A stretch of DNA of 64,000 nt from Leidyana gryllorum EB-2025a (Eukaryota > Protista > Apicomplexa), in contig JBLWGC010000104.1 of the NCBI GenBank assembly GCA_048772705.1, positions 124,001 to 188,000 of the forward strand, given 5' to 3'. Below the pieces are notes generated by a model. The model had not been told where the DNA came from. It did not search any database and saw only the letters and a program-made list of their open reading frames with translations. A program made the translations under genes and the position numbers. Every line of letters starts with the position of its first letter. The first letter of the stretch is position 1. Shown here one piece after another: positions 46,205-58,526 of this stretch.

Positions 46205-49165
46205 TCATTCCACAGATACACTAGTAGTTGACTCGTCCTCCACATACTCTTCTTCCTCCGCTGCTGCCCCCAAATCGCCGTCAGCCTCAGATGATGATGA
46301 TGCTGACGACGATGCGGACGAGTAAACTTCCTCTTCTTCTTGTTCTTCTTCAGCTGACCTTGTTGTTATCTCACGCGATGATGAACCAGGACCTGCAAAA
46401 TCGCGCACTGGATCGTCCCACCTCGCCGAAACGGACGATCGCACTGGCCTTGACTCAAAAACTGTCCGAACCTCCTTCGGACCTACAAAATACCATCGTG
46501 TGTCTCCCAGCACACACGTGTTCGATCAAATTCGCACGATGTAAATTGAGCCATCCACACTTTCATAGGTCACCATACTCACCGGATGTCTCAGTGTCCC
46601 ATCTCACTGCGCTGGTTGATCGCATGGGATTGTTTTGGAATTGTCCTGAGCTGGGAGACGGATCCACTGACGAGTTATATCACCTGAGCACTTTCACTTA
46701 CTTGATGGTGCGTCCGCCGCCCGTGCATCAGCCGCACTTGGTGATGGTTGACTGGTGAAAGTGGTCTTTTGAGTTGTAGCCCCTTCCATAGTATCGCTGT
46801 GCCGTACAGCCGCCGTCGAAGGTGCCGCTGGTCGCTCAAAGACAACAGGTCCTGCGGGGGACACTGGAGCGTCTGAATGCCTCACATCGGCTTGCGAGGG
46901 ACGAGCTTTTGTTTCGAAGACTGTGGGCCCGATTCCCGTTTCACGGACTGGCGTTGAAGCGCTGACATCGGCTGTACTCGGCATAGTACGAGACACAAAG
47001 AAGGAGCGAGCAGCCTTGGCGCCAGTCACAGGAGTATGGATGGATACATCCGCACATGAAGGACTCGGTCGCGATTCGTACACAGCCTTCTGAGTTCCTC
47101 TGGGAGTCACAGGGGCCGCAGCGGTGACATCTGCTTTGGAAGGCGATCCAACTCGTTCAAATACGAAGCGTTGACTCGGGCTCGTCGAGGGGGCTGAAAA
47201 TGCATTGGCATCAGCCATGCTCGGAGCAGCCGGCTTCTCAAACACGGATTTGTGGTGATTGACCTCAGATGTCAATGTCCGCAGAGCAGACGCGGCCACT
47301 GCGCTTTGTGTCGGAGTGCTCTCGAATACGCTCTTCGAAACCGTGTAGAACGACGGACGATTCATCGACGCATCAGCTGTTGATGCTTTGGGTGTGGACG
47401 CATACACCTCTCTCTTTTGTCGCTTTGTCTCGTGATCGTCAGCAGACTCATCAAAGTCGTCATCACGGGGGGTGTTGGCCTCCGCAATGTCCGACTCACG
47501 CTCGCCTTCCTCTTCGGCATCGGCAGGAGGTGTGTCCGGTGTTACTCCCCCTTCCGCTGTGAGACTCATACTCTCATCTCTCACTGTGGCAACATTCTCT
47601 TCGGCAGCCTTCTGCTCGTTTATCGGCGCCACGGCGGCTGCTGCTGTATCAGACTCTGCTGCAACTCCCTCTTCTATAGTCACATCCGCAGCCGCAACAT
47701 CGTCACCCGTAGTCTCTATGGACTCCACCGGCTCAGAGTCTTTGGCAGGAGCGTCTGTCGCGCCTTCCGTCTTCACAGCCGGCTCGTCGCCCATCTCGAC
47801 ATTTTCAGTCTCGACCTCTACGGCTTCTGTGTCCGCGGCCGCTTCTGCCTCAACTTCCACGTCTCCTTCGCCAGTGGCCTCCTCGACCATCTCTTCCTGC
47901 ACAATGGTTTCTGCCGCCCCAACTTCAGGAGCAGCAGTCGACTCCCCTACACCACTCGGGAGCTCCTGGACATCCTCGTCCGCTTTTGCAGCATCATCTA
48001 CGGCCTCATCATCTATGGCCTCGTCGTCCGCCTGAATCTCCTCTTTCTCCTCCGTAGTCGTCCCAGCCACCTCGTCGACAGTGTCAACGGGCGTCTTCTC
48101 GATAATGTCAGCGGCCATCTCTCCAGTAGCGTCAGCGGCCTCTTCGACAGCGTCAGCAACAGCAACGGCCTCTTCCACAATCTCCCCAGCCGTCTCCTCT
48201 ACAGTCTCCCCCGCCGTCTCCTCCACAATCTCCCCAGCCGTCTCCTCTACAGTCTCCCCCGCCGTCTCCTCTACAGTCTCGCCAGCCGTCTCCTCGACAG
48301 TCTCGCCAGCCTCCTCCTCGACAGTCTCGACAATGTCAGTAGCTGGTGAGTCCTCGGCAATATCCTCCTGAATGGGGCACTCCAGAGATTCGTCAGCCGT
48401 GATTTTAGCTGAGGGGACACTTTCTTCCGCCTCCGGTTGAACATCTGTGTCCATAGCCGGTGTCTCGGCCATCGATTGATCAGCGGCGACGACTTCTTCC
48501 TCCTCCGAGGCGATACAGTCTTCTTCGCGAATCTCTCCATCCTCCATCATACTCTCTTCCTGTTCCGTAGGCTGTGCGTCGTCCGTCATTGGATCCCCGA
48601 CTTCCGCCACCCCTTCCGGTGTCTCCTCAGCGTTGTCGGGCGACAGCACTGCGGCGGTGGCGTCTGTGGCGACAGACTCGCAGGGATTGGCGTCTCCCTG
48701 TGCGTGTGGTGGGTGTTGGGTGTCGTCAGCCTCCACGTCATCGGATGGTGGAGTCTGTGGCTCGTCTTCAGTGGCCGTCTGTGGAGAGTCTGTTGTTGTA
48801 GCAGCTGATGGGTCGGTGTGTGTCGCAGTTTGCGTGGAGACGGGGACCGGATTGGTGTCGGGTTGTAGGCTTCCGACCTCGTTGGTTGGAGCGGTAGGCG
48901 TGTCGGCGGCAGTGTCTGTAGCGATATCATTCTCATTGTGGACTATAGTTTCTAATTGTGGGTCGTCAGCGGGCGGTGAAGGGGGAGCGTCATCTTCGTT
49001 AGTTGTTTCTGCGTCTCCGTCCGCGTCTCGGTCGAGAGATCTTTGTTCTTGGAGGACCTTATGAACTTCCTTAGCCAAAGTTTCGTCCATTTCAGCTACA
49101 ACATTCTCAGAAACGTTGAGGCTGTGGGCCTCGGATTGGATTGCTGCTGCAGCTGGATCAGCCAT
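46205..49165 (-). CDS. Large acidic disordered protein with 8-aa and 27-aa repeats; two 3' introns
   Basis: 830-codon ORF plus two exons that continue the repeat register after GT-AG splicing. Confidence 0.8.
48171..48328 (-). repeat. About 6 copies of a coding 24-bp tandem repeat (E[T/I]VEETAG)
   Basis: Seen in DNA and in translation. Confidence 0.95.
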
Positions 49166-49217
49166 AGCAAAAAAGTCGAGATACACAGAAGTGAGATAGG
49201 ATCCTAAGAGTCAAGAT

Positions 49218-50532
49218 ATGAGTTTGTTTAGCACACACATCGCTGATGAGGTCGCCGCTGAGCAAACCCAGCGGCTGGGATGGAGGTTTGCGCTCAGTCC
49301 AATCCATGAACTGCTCCCCGTCGTTGCCTCGATGGTATGGATTGTGGCGTATGCCGCGCTACACAAGAAACTAAGACAACTACGTTCGGCTCAGTCCATC
49401 TCTCTACAATCAATAAGCGCATTACTCTTCAGTGAATGGCTCCAAGCTGCTCTACTCGTTTATATGGTCACTCATAGATATGGCAGCCTATCCCTGACTA
49501 TGCTCTTCTGTCAGATGCTCAACTGCGCTCTCATCTCCATCACCTTCCGACTCGTCGTCAAACATTTCATCGCTTCCTACGACGCGGAAGCCGACAAGTT
49601 CGGAAAGCAAATCCTACTACTCTCCTCCAACAAATCTCCCGAAGTCATGACTTCACCCACCGAGACCTCCGCCTCGTCACCTGCGTCTAACCAATCCAAT
49701 CGACACTCCACTGCCAACAAAGATAACACACCCCCCCAAGCGAGCTTCTGGTCCAACCTACGAGCCGTCATCGGCCCCCACTGGGCGGTCCTATACGTCG
49801 CGGCTGCCGTTATAGCCATCCCAATTGAAATACTCAGACGCCATGGCACCGTACCCCTCCCTCTCAGCTATCTGGAAAGCTTCTCTGATACCATCACCGC
49901 CTTGGCGTTAATCCCTCAACTCTTTATGATCTACCAAACCAAGCCCAGAATCGTCCCTGACCTTCTGGCCAGATTCATCCTGGGAATGCTCATTGCCCGA
50001 GCTGTCCTGCTCCTCTACTGGTAAGCCACCGTTGCTCACTAATAATGTGCTGCTGTGTGTGATCTCGACGACCACTTCTCATATCCTGGGAGCCACAACC
50101 GCCGACCGACGACGCTGCTGACGAGAGCCGTCCCTCAACGAGTGCATTATTATGCATCGCCGCGGCAAAGACGTTGCACGGACGGTGCACGAACATTGCG
50201 CGGGCGGTGCATCGCTCCTGCACCGTCTGTGCACGAACGGTGCCTTTCTCCTGCACATTCTTGCGCTGTTGGACGCGATCATTTGTGGTCTGGGGAATGG
50301 TGGGGTCTTTGCGATGATCTATGTTTTGCTGCTCATCGATGATCGGTCGGTGGAGGATTTCATATTGTTATCATGCAGGGTGACATATGGGATATTCAAC
50401 GAGTTTGAGGTTGTACCAGGCCGCGGTGTCCGTATTGTTACAGAAGTTATGAATGTGGCTATTCTTGCCGATTTTGCCTATTTGGCGGGTCGAGCTCGGC
50501 TGCGAGGGTTCACTCAGGTTCTGCCCATTTGA
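49218..50532 (+). CDS. ERD2/KDEL-receptor-family multi-TM protein; intron 50021-50378
   Basis: SISLQS, YDAEADKF, ALALIPQLFMI and ILADFAY follow the ER lumen retaining receptor pattern. Confidence 0.75.
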
Positions 50533-50570
50533 GTATGAGTTAGCAGTTTTGAGCCGGTTTTTTTGTGTCC

Positions 50571-53265
50571 ATGGGAGGTGGCGAAGGTTTTGGAGGGCTG
50601 TTGGCCACCTGTTCTCCAAAATTCGCCCTTGACGGGGACGGTATTTACTATGCGGAGGGTCCAACTCTGTTGTACGCGCGAATAAGAAAGGATGAGGAGA
50701 GGAGTTTGGTGCTCTTCCAGCTCCCAGACAGCATCACTTCCTTGAACGTTTTGCCGGTTCAACCGGAGTCAGCTTCAAAAGCGGTTGGGAGGACGGCAGA
50801 GGCTGATGAGTTGCGGCTGGACCTTTCCAATTTGTCTTCAAAATCGACCTACTGGACATTACTGGTAGTAACAGACGCACTGAATCAAATTCACTTTTAT
50901 CTTCACGCTCTTTCCTCCTCGTCCTCACAAAAGAACAAGGCCTTGCCACCCGTTCATTTGGGATCTATTGGCAGTACTGTTCAGCGAAATGAGGAGGAAC
51001 AGCCCAAGAAGAAGAAGGCTCGGGTGACATCACCATCCAACGGTGATCGTCGGTTCCCAAATCTGCCAGGCCGACTGCTCTTTGTGGAGAGCACTACAAA
51101 GGGAGCTTTGACTTTTGTCTTTGCATCGACAGAGGACAGCGAGAGGACCGAAGTTTACCAATCTGACGTTGAAGATCTGATGGAGAGACTCTATAAGCAG
51201 AAGAAGGAACCTCTGACCTTCTTGAGCTTCGCCAAGCGAGTGGTGGAAATCGAAGGTACCGCTTTCCTCGCAGCGATGTCGGGTCGTTCGTTGGTTCTGG
51301 CCATCAGTCAAATTGACGGGGGAGTGTCTCGCAAATCATCTGCAGATGACGAGGACAACAGTACAGCGGAGGGCGACGACTCGCCGCCTCCTCCTGCGCC
51401 CCCCAAGAGAGTGCTGCAGAGTGTGCACTTTGTCGAGTTGGCCCACGACACTGCAACCAAAATCATTCTTCCCGACGGTGTCAGAGGGCTCACTGGTCTC
51501 TCTGTGCACCCCAATGGCCGAGAAGCGTGTTTCGCAGACGCCCTCGGGTGTATGTGGTGGGTCCAAAAGAAGAAGCGCACCAACGCACACTTCACGAGCG
51601 ATCATTGGCACGATCACGCCGTCAGTGGAGTGGCCTACGGCGTCGCAGGAGACGTCACGTACTCGGTGGATGAGAAGGGGGTACTGGCCACCTGGGCGGG
51701 CTTAAATCACTCCGGAATGTCGAGATCTGTTTACCGCAATTTGGGAGCCCCCGCTCTCCGAGTCGTTACTCCCTGTCCACAAATGACCCGTCAGCTGTCC
51801 AAAGAACTCGATAAGATACGCAACTATGTCATTGTGTGTCTCAGCTCCAATGTCATCAAAGTCATTGACACCAGCACCAATTCCATCAAGCGCGAGATGC
51901 ACGGATTGCCCACAGTCTGTCGAGCTCCGGAAGACTTCGCCAAAATCCTTAGACAACGAGCTGTCCAAAACGAGTCATTACCCTACGCCCCTGCCTCCAG
52001 CATCTCATACTATGCCACTGCCGTTGACAATGACGAAGCAGACGCTACCAATCACTTTGTCCTATGCCCAATCTTCACTTCTCTCAATCCCTCCCTCGAT
52101 TCCAATACGGTCAACGAGGGAAGTCTCGGGATGTTCAGAGAAACATCCAAGCGAGACCGTCTTGAGTCAATGGGTTCCTTCATCTTCACCCCTCGTCACG
52201 AATGGTCCCGTCAGGAAGGCTTGGGCTGGCAAGCGTTCTGGCGCACCCGTCAGCTATGCTTCTGCAAGACTGGCGCCGGCTTCGCAGTCGCAGAAACTCA
52301 AATAGTCGATAGAACCAGAACCAGACATCGTCTGCGCTTCTTCTCTCCCGACACTGAGAACGAGCAATATATACCCATCTCTTCTGTCACAACTGATGGT
52401 CCCGTCACAGTCATACAAGATGTCACTTCCATATTATCAGCTCAGGTAACACATTCTTTTGCCCACCACCTACCAATTCACACTCAGACTACCACCTACC
52501 TTGTTGGCACCGCCACCGGAGAGATCGGCTTCTGGCGTGAACAGAAACTGAGAACCAAAAAAGCTTCGGTAAGTCACCTCCATCAACCTCCCCATACAAT
52601 ATCACTCAGGTCTACGAGGCGGTTTTCAAACAACGACTCTTCAATAATGTGGCAATAACGGCCTTGGATTGCCAGGCCGATAGACTAATGGTCATTGCCG
52701 AAACCTCTGCCTTCATATACAAGTGCGATCTAACTGCTATGATCAGAAAACCGGCTGGAAATATGCCTCACTTGCCCATGACAGCTGAGTGTGTCATCCG
52801 AACTGCCAAAGACGGATCCCCCAAAGCTCTCAAAGTCAATAAACGCCGTCATGGCCTCATCGAAGAGATTGTTGGTGGCAGTATCCAAGCTGGCAAGAAG
52901 GGAACAGCGACTTTCATAGTTGGGTCAAGCAACCATGTCGAACTGTGGGGAACTGAAGGCACTTCGAAGCAAACACCTATTGCACGTCTGAGGTTGCCCG
53001 AAGGTAAGATACATCACATTATTCTTGCGCCTCATCAAAAGCTATCGCAGATTATCAACTGGTACAACTACAAGGGCTTCATGCTCTGCTGAGGCACACC
53101 AAGGATTTTAGCACACGTGTGTGCAGGTTTGAGATTTCAGAAAAGAAGATTGAACTAATAGAAATAGGCAATTGGAAGGCTCGGGCATCGGCAATGGCCA
53201 TCAGCACTTCCAGTGTTTTGTTAGTGACCTGTGAAGGGAGCTGTTTTGTGCTTGCAAACAGATGA
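50571..53265 (+). CDS. WDR75: WD-repeat SSU processome component WDR75/Utp17-like (multi-exon)
   Basis: HWHDHAVSGVAY...YSVDEKGVLATW....RNLGAP...VCLSSNVIKVI matches the Utp17/WDR75 HWH motif region. Confidence 0.7.
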
Positions 53266-53284
53266 ACTGCGGAGAATACATACT

Positions 53285-53898
53285 ATGGTGGCTTGGCCAG
53301 TAGAAAAATATATGGCGTATGCACGGCTGTTAAGAACATACACCACCCGTGAGACAGCTATCGTAGCAGCTGGAGCAGCCGCAGGTGTTTTAACAGGCCG
53401 TTTAGGCGCTAGTTACCCGCTTCACCCCGGAATTGACCCCATTGTCCTTCCAGCGGTTGCGGGGTTGTGCGCAGGGGCAATAGGATGGTTTGTGGTGTAC
53501 CTTTCCCGGCGACGAAAAGAGTACGGGCGCCAGTTGCGCGTGTACCATCGACTCCGGTTATAAAGCGGATAGACGAGACAGGAGTCGGGTGGGAGCCTCC
53601 GAACGATACACCAGGGTGGTACTTGTGGCCGAAGCGAAAGGCAAAGCCACATCCTATCAGAGCATATACACGTTGGGCGGAGCCCATGGGTCGAGCATTC
53701 GGTCATGTGGTGGCACAAATACTGGGGCCGACGGGTTACATGGCACAAGATACTCTGAACGGGATAACGCTGCTATGGATTGGAGCCATGATAGTGGCAG
53801 TGGCAATGTTTCTGATCTGGCGGAATGTGCGGAAGCGGGAGCAGAGGTGGCGATATTGGTTCTTGGTTCGAGACTTGGAGCGTCATCAACTGGGATGA
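53285..53898 (+). CDS. Hypothetical membrane protein(s): two similar TM modules in different frames
   Basis: ORF 53285-53563 and overlapping -1-frame ORF ending 53898, each with a TM helix followed by a basic stop-transfer stretch. Confidence 0.5.
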
Positions 53899-53968
53899 GA
53901 CAGCACAAGGGCCCGAAAACAATTTCAGGCTGAAAAAAACGTAGGAGGACCGCAGGGACAAAGGCACG

Positions 53969-54594
53969 ATGGTAAGTGAAGCGCTCCATTTCGAGGAATT
54001 CAGCACACAATATGCTCTCTTTAGGCCATCGATATTCCACGACGTGTTATCAAGGCCCAGAGCAAGTCTGGCCGGAAGCAGTTGGTTTCCCCCAATCCTC
54101 AGCTGGGTCTGCTTTCTCAGGTAGGGTCTTTTCCCCCCGTTTTCGCCTCGATGTGACTCTCTTTGCAGCTCTATGACTTCTTGGCTCGTCGTACCGACTC
54201 TGCCTTCAACCAGCGGGTGTCCAAGAGACTCATCATGTCGAAGCGTAACCGCCCCCCCATGAGTCTTTTCCGCCTCGCTGCCCATATGAAGAAGCACGAG
54301 AATAAGATTGCCGTTGTTACTGGCACTATCACCGACGACCAAAAGTTGGAGGAGGTCCCTCAGCTCACTGTGTGCGCTATCCGCTTCACTGAAGCCGCTA
54401 GACGTCGCATTGTTGCTGCTGGTGGCGAGTGCCTTACCTTCGACCAGCTCGCCCTCCGCGCCCCCAAGGGTGCCAACTGCATCTTGCTCCGTGGCCACAC
54501 CAAGAGCCGCGTTGCTGAGAAGCACTTCGGCCGTGCCCCTGGTCTGCCGGGCTCCCACACCCGCCCATATCAGTGCTGCAAGGCCTCCCATTGA
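53969..54594 (+). CDS. RPL18: 60S ribosomal protein eL18; introns 53972-54024 and 54121-54168
   Basis: [71 protein letters not shown]. Confidence 0.97.
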
Positions 54595-54866
54595 AGCGTC
54601 TTTGTGGTTACTTGTTGTTGTGTGGATGTGCGTGCACTTTCTTCTGGTCTCAGAGACAACACTCCTCTAAATACCATAGCGGGCCCATCTCAGAGCAATG
54701 ACCCCAGCAATATGTAAAAGAGCCGTTCTGGCCGACCAACTTGCTGGAATCAGTCACTATTTCAGTAGTCAGTCAGTCTTTGTACGGCGCGCGCGCGTTC
54801 GTCACCCACCGAACACGGCGCCTTTTCAGTAGGCACCACAAAATCGTGTAGTTTGTTCTGGCTGAT

Positions 54867-55783
54867 ATGCAAAATCCACTTTACCTTAAGGATACATTAG
54901 CCATATGTAAGCAATCACAATCGTCCCTAATCCCCCGTCGAGTTGTAAATCTTATGTTGTACAGACCCCTGGCTGAAAGACCAAGGGCTGATACCGATCG
55001 AAGTAACGGCTCTGCCATTTGCTGAGCCCGAAGTACCCTGGACGCAGGGTAGCGGCAGCCACGCAGTAAGCAATACATTGATGATTGCAACACCCCACTC
55101 ACTGTACGATTGCATAGGCAGGTATCGTGCTGGAATGGCTGCTGATAGTAGTGCTACAACTGTGTGTATTGCTTTGTTTGTGGCGATGCAGAGCGGGCGC
55201 TCAGATCCATCAATTCTACTCTGAGCAATATCTGAGTCTCGAGAACATGGGATATCTGGACGCTTCTTCTTCTGCTGCTCCCGGTTGTTCCACCGGACAC
55301 CCTCATGAGTCTTGACGCAAAGGGAATCAATTATTCGGCGGTGTCAGTAGTCAACAGTCGGTCATTATCTGGACACCGTTGACGAATATAATGTAGTTGT
55401 GGCCTCGCGATGTGTGACTTGGGCTCCACGGTGTGTCTTCGATATCCATCGCCGATGTCGAGAGGGTTGACCAGTCCTTGGGTGGCGTCTTTGGCGGCGT
55501 GGGCGCGCGCAACGCGACTGTGGGAGAGTCCTGTGAGGCTGACATGGAGCACGGAGCCATGAGATGGTCGACACACAAACTGATTATTGAGGCCGGTCCA
55601 GCCAAGATGGAGGAAATGCCTGCCAGTGACGAGCAGGCGGTGGAAGGCAACGACTCTGAGGTCACATCGCTTTCAACGAACGACTTCTCTTCCGTCGACA
55701 TTTGCCTTTTGCAAGAGAACGGACGTCCCCTCTCGGGACTCGAACACTCGCGACGAGATCGGGCAACTATGTCTAGTAGTTGA
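54867..55783 (+). CDS. Hypothetical multi-exon protein (exon structure unresolved)
   Basis: ATG at 54867, GTAAGC...AG introns and a terminal 116-codon acidic ORF. Confidence 0.3.
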
Positions 55784-56822
55784 ACATGTCCAGGTTCAGC
55801 GCCTTGGGCTTCTCCGTATCCGGTTTTTTGTACACGGGGGCCATATCCAACAATCCCTGAGCCTCAGCCTCCTCGTCCGACTGCTCTTCGGCATAGTCGC
55901 GCTCCACATCAGAGCTGTCGGCCTCTGCTTGGAGGGCCATCAGCTCCAGAATCCGCTTCTTAGTCTCATCATCTGCACAGACGACTATTTGATGAACGTA
56001 ATAAATGTTCCAACTCACCCATCTCGCGGTGCTCCATATATTCCTCGAGCTCTGTTGGGTCGAGTTCTGCCAGGAACTCATTCAACATCTCCGTGTCCCT
56101 CGCCCCGCCTTCCTCGTCCTCCGCATCCGGTAACGAGTCGGCGTAGTCGTCATCTCTCAACTCCCGTAAAGCCGCTTGCAGAGCCGCTTCATTTGCACTC
56201 ATTGGTCCATTATTATTGTCTTCGTCGTCATCTTCGGAACTATAATAACTATAATCTTGCTCGTCATCATCCCCGGTCTGCTGTCGCATCTGTCTCAAAG
56301 CCTCAGCAGTTAATTGTGCAGCAACGGGGGGGAAAAGGCTCGGCTTCTGCTGACCGCCGCCAGTCTCTTCATCGGCACCCCCCCATAACACGCCCGTTAT
56401 CACCGCTTTCTGTAGAAAGAACCAATGAACCACGGGCTCTACTTTACCACTCCCAACTCACTGCTTCATCCCCCGTGGGTATCAATTGGTCGAAAAAGTC
56501 TTCACTGAGTTCATCATTGGCCGCAGCAATATCGCCTTCATCATCAGAATCCATCTCCACCAGCAGCTCCCGTTCTGGAATTACCTGGTTGACGCAAAGC
56601 CCCAACAACCCATCACTTACCCTCAGCTGCCAGCTGATCGAGTGGGCGTTCCAGCTCGCCAGTGAATACTCTGTCTTGTTTCTTCGCTTCCAAATCATCC
56701 GCCTCAATTACAAAGCCGTGGAACGCAGAAGCCCCTGTTGACAGCCAGTTCGGAGGCGCCAAATGCTGCTCATAATCATAGCCGTCGTCAGGGAAGTATT
56801 CAAGGTCACTGTCCGCACCCAT
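55773..56822 (-). CDS. LTV1: 40S biogenesis factor LTV1
   Basis: N-terminal FPDDGYDYEQHL motif; ELSEDFFDQL; acidic composition. Confidence 0.8.
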
Positions 56823-56851
56823 CTTGGTTTTTTTTGGAGCAAGGAAGAAAG
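56823..56851. promoter_or_regulatory. Candidate bidirectional initiator (T8 tract) between LTV1 and roadblock
   Basis: 29-bp ATG-to-ATG gap. Confidence 0.5.
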
Positions 56852-57197
56852 ATGGATGCCAAGATTCCAGAGATCTTCAGGAACATTCGTAATCAGCCCC
56901 GCGTACGGGGAGTGATGGTGTCTACATCACAAGGCAGCCCCATCTACTCAACCCTAAGCGAAGAAGATGCCAAAGTAGGGGCTCGAATAGCCTCGCAGAT
57001 CCTCAACTCGGTGCACAAGTCGCTGGAACCACTAGATGAGGTAGGCACTCCCAGTTACGCACGTGTGCGCACACACAAGCATCGCTTCCTCTGAACAGAC
57101 TGAACCGTCGTTTATCCGTGTTCGCACTAAGAAACAAGGCTATATTATTGCACGGGAGAAGGAGTATGTCATGATTTGCTTGGAGGATTTGCAGTAG
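56852..57197 (+). CDS. Dynein light chain, roadblock/LC7 type; intron 57041-57098
   Basis: EIFRNIRNQPRVRGVMVSTSQGSPIYSTL...SFIRVRTKK..YIIAREKEYVMICL. Confidence 0.88.
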
Positions 57198-57225
57198 AGG
57201 ATAGGAAAAAAAAGCTGTGCATTCT

Positions 57226-58526
57226 ATGGAGTTGAACTGTCGGGCAGTATTCCAACCACCAGAGGTCGCCCATACCGAGGATGCGCCTATTTCCAATGCG
57301 GAGCGACCCATTGTTGTCCCAGTGGTGTTGGTGGCACTCACTGAAGAGGAAGAATTACAGAAACGCGAAGCTGCCAGAGCGTCTGCACCGCAACCCAGCA
57401 TCGTTTACAAGGAGGTATAACGTTTTCGCCCATGTGACTACTTGCGACCGTTCTCAGCTCTCTCGAAAACAAGAAGCTCACTGGTTCGCGTGTCGCCAGA
57501 ATCCCATAATACTCATTGACGCGGATTTCGAATTACATCATAACTCCAAACAGTCCAAATCATTGGCCCAACAGATCATGTTCAGTTACCGTAAGGCTGC
57601 TGTCTCGACTGATTCAGAGACGACTGCTCTCGCACCTGCAGATTTGAGTGTGGCAGCCAAACGCCCCTGTTTATTGGTGGTGGCCGGGTTGGGCCCAAAG
57701 GCGTGGATGACATTGTCCAAGTCAGATTGTATGAAGTGGTGCTGCTACCTGACAACCGACCTGGTAGAAACCCTCATCGCTAAGTTTGGGCGCGGTAGCG
57801 AGGGAAAGGAGATCCCTGAGGACCCGATGAACCCGTTGACGTTCTATCGACGGCCTCTAAGGTTTATATATCTGACTGCCGATGCCGAAGATATTCTTGA
57901 AGATGTACCGGCCGAAGAGCAAGAAGCGGTCAGCGGCGAGAGTGTGGCCGAGGAAGCAGAGGGAAGCAGTGTCGTCTGTCCCGCTCAGACGGCCCCCAGT
58001 GATGCTGCTGGTGTTCCGTCGGTTCCAACCCCCGCAGTTGTGGCTAAGGATACCGCGATGGAGAACGACGGGGAGGAAGGTGGCGGCGAAGATGTGGTGA
58101 AGGGTCGGAAGCGTCGACGGGAGCAGTTGTATTGCTCTGCTGACAGAGAGAAAGCGCGGGTGCTGCCTTTCAAGGCGTCCTCGGTTTTGATAGTTGGGGG
58201 ACTAGTGGACCGAAACTCGAAGAAAGGCCTGTGTTATGAAAAGAGCAAACGTTTAGGCATTGATTCCGCTAAGCTGCCGATTGATGATTTGGTGAAGGAA
58301 GCGGATCCGACGGCAAAGTACGCAGGGACGAAGGTGTTGACGATAAATCACAGTGAGTGGTGGTGGCGGGGTATGACAGTGTGTGTGTGTGGCAGCGATT
58401 GAGATGGTTCAGCGTCGGGCTGATGGGGAGCGATGGGCGGTTGCGTGCGGAGCTGCAGTTCCGGGTCGGAAGATCATTCGAAAAGCGAGTGATAAAGGAT
58501 TTTTTCCTGGTCCAAATGAAGGATGA
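57226..58526 (+). CDS. TRM10: tRNA (guanine-9-N1) methyltransferase Trm10
   Basis: SKSLAQQIMFSY, IYLTADAEDIL, IVGGLVDRN, SAKLPI, KVLTINH, VPGRK. Confidence 0.92.

Noticed and set aside
53093-53126. Possible GC-AG intron near the end of WDR75
   Set aside because: The frame reads through without splicing (LLRHTKDFSTRVCRFEI)
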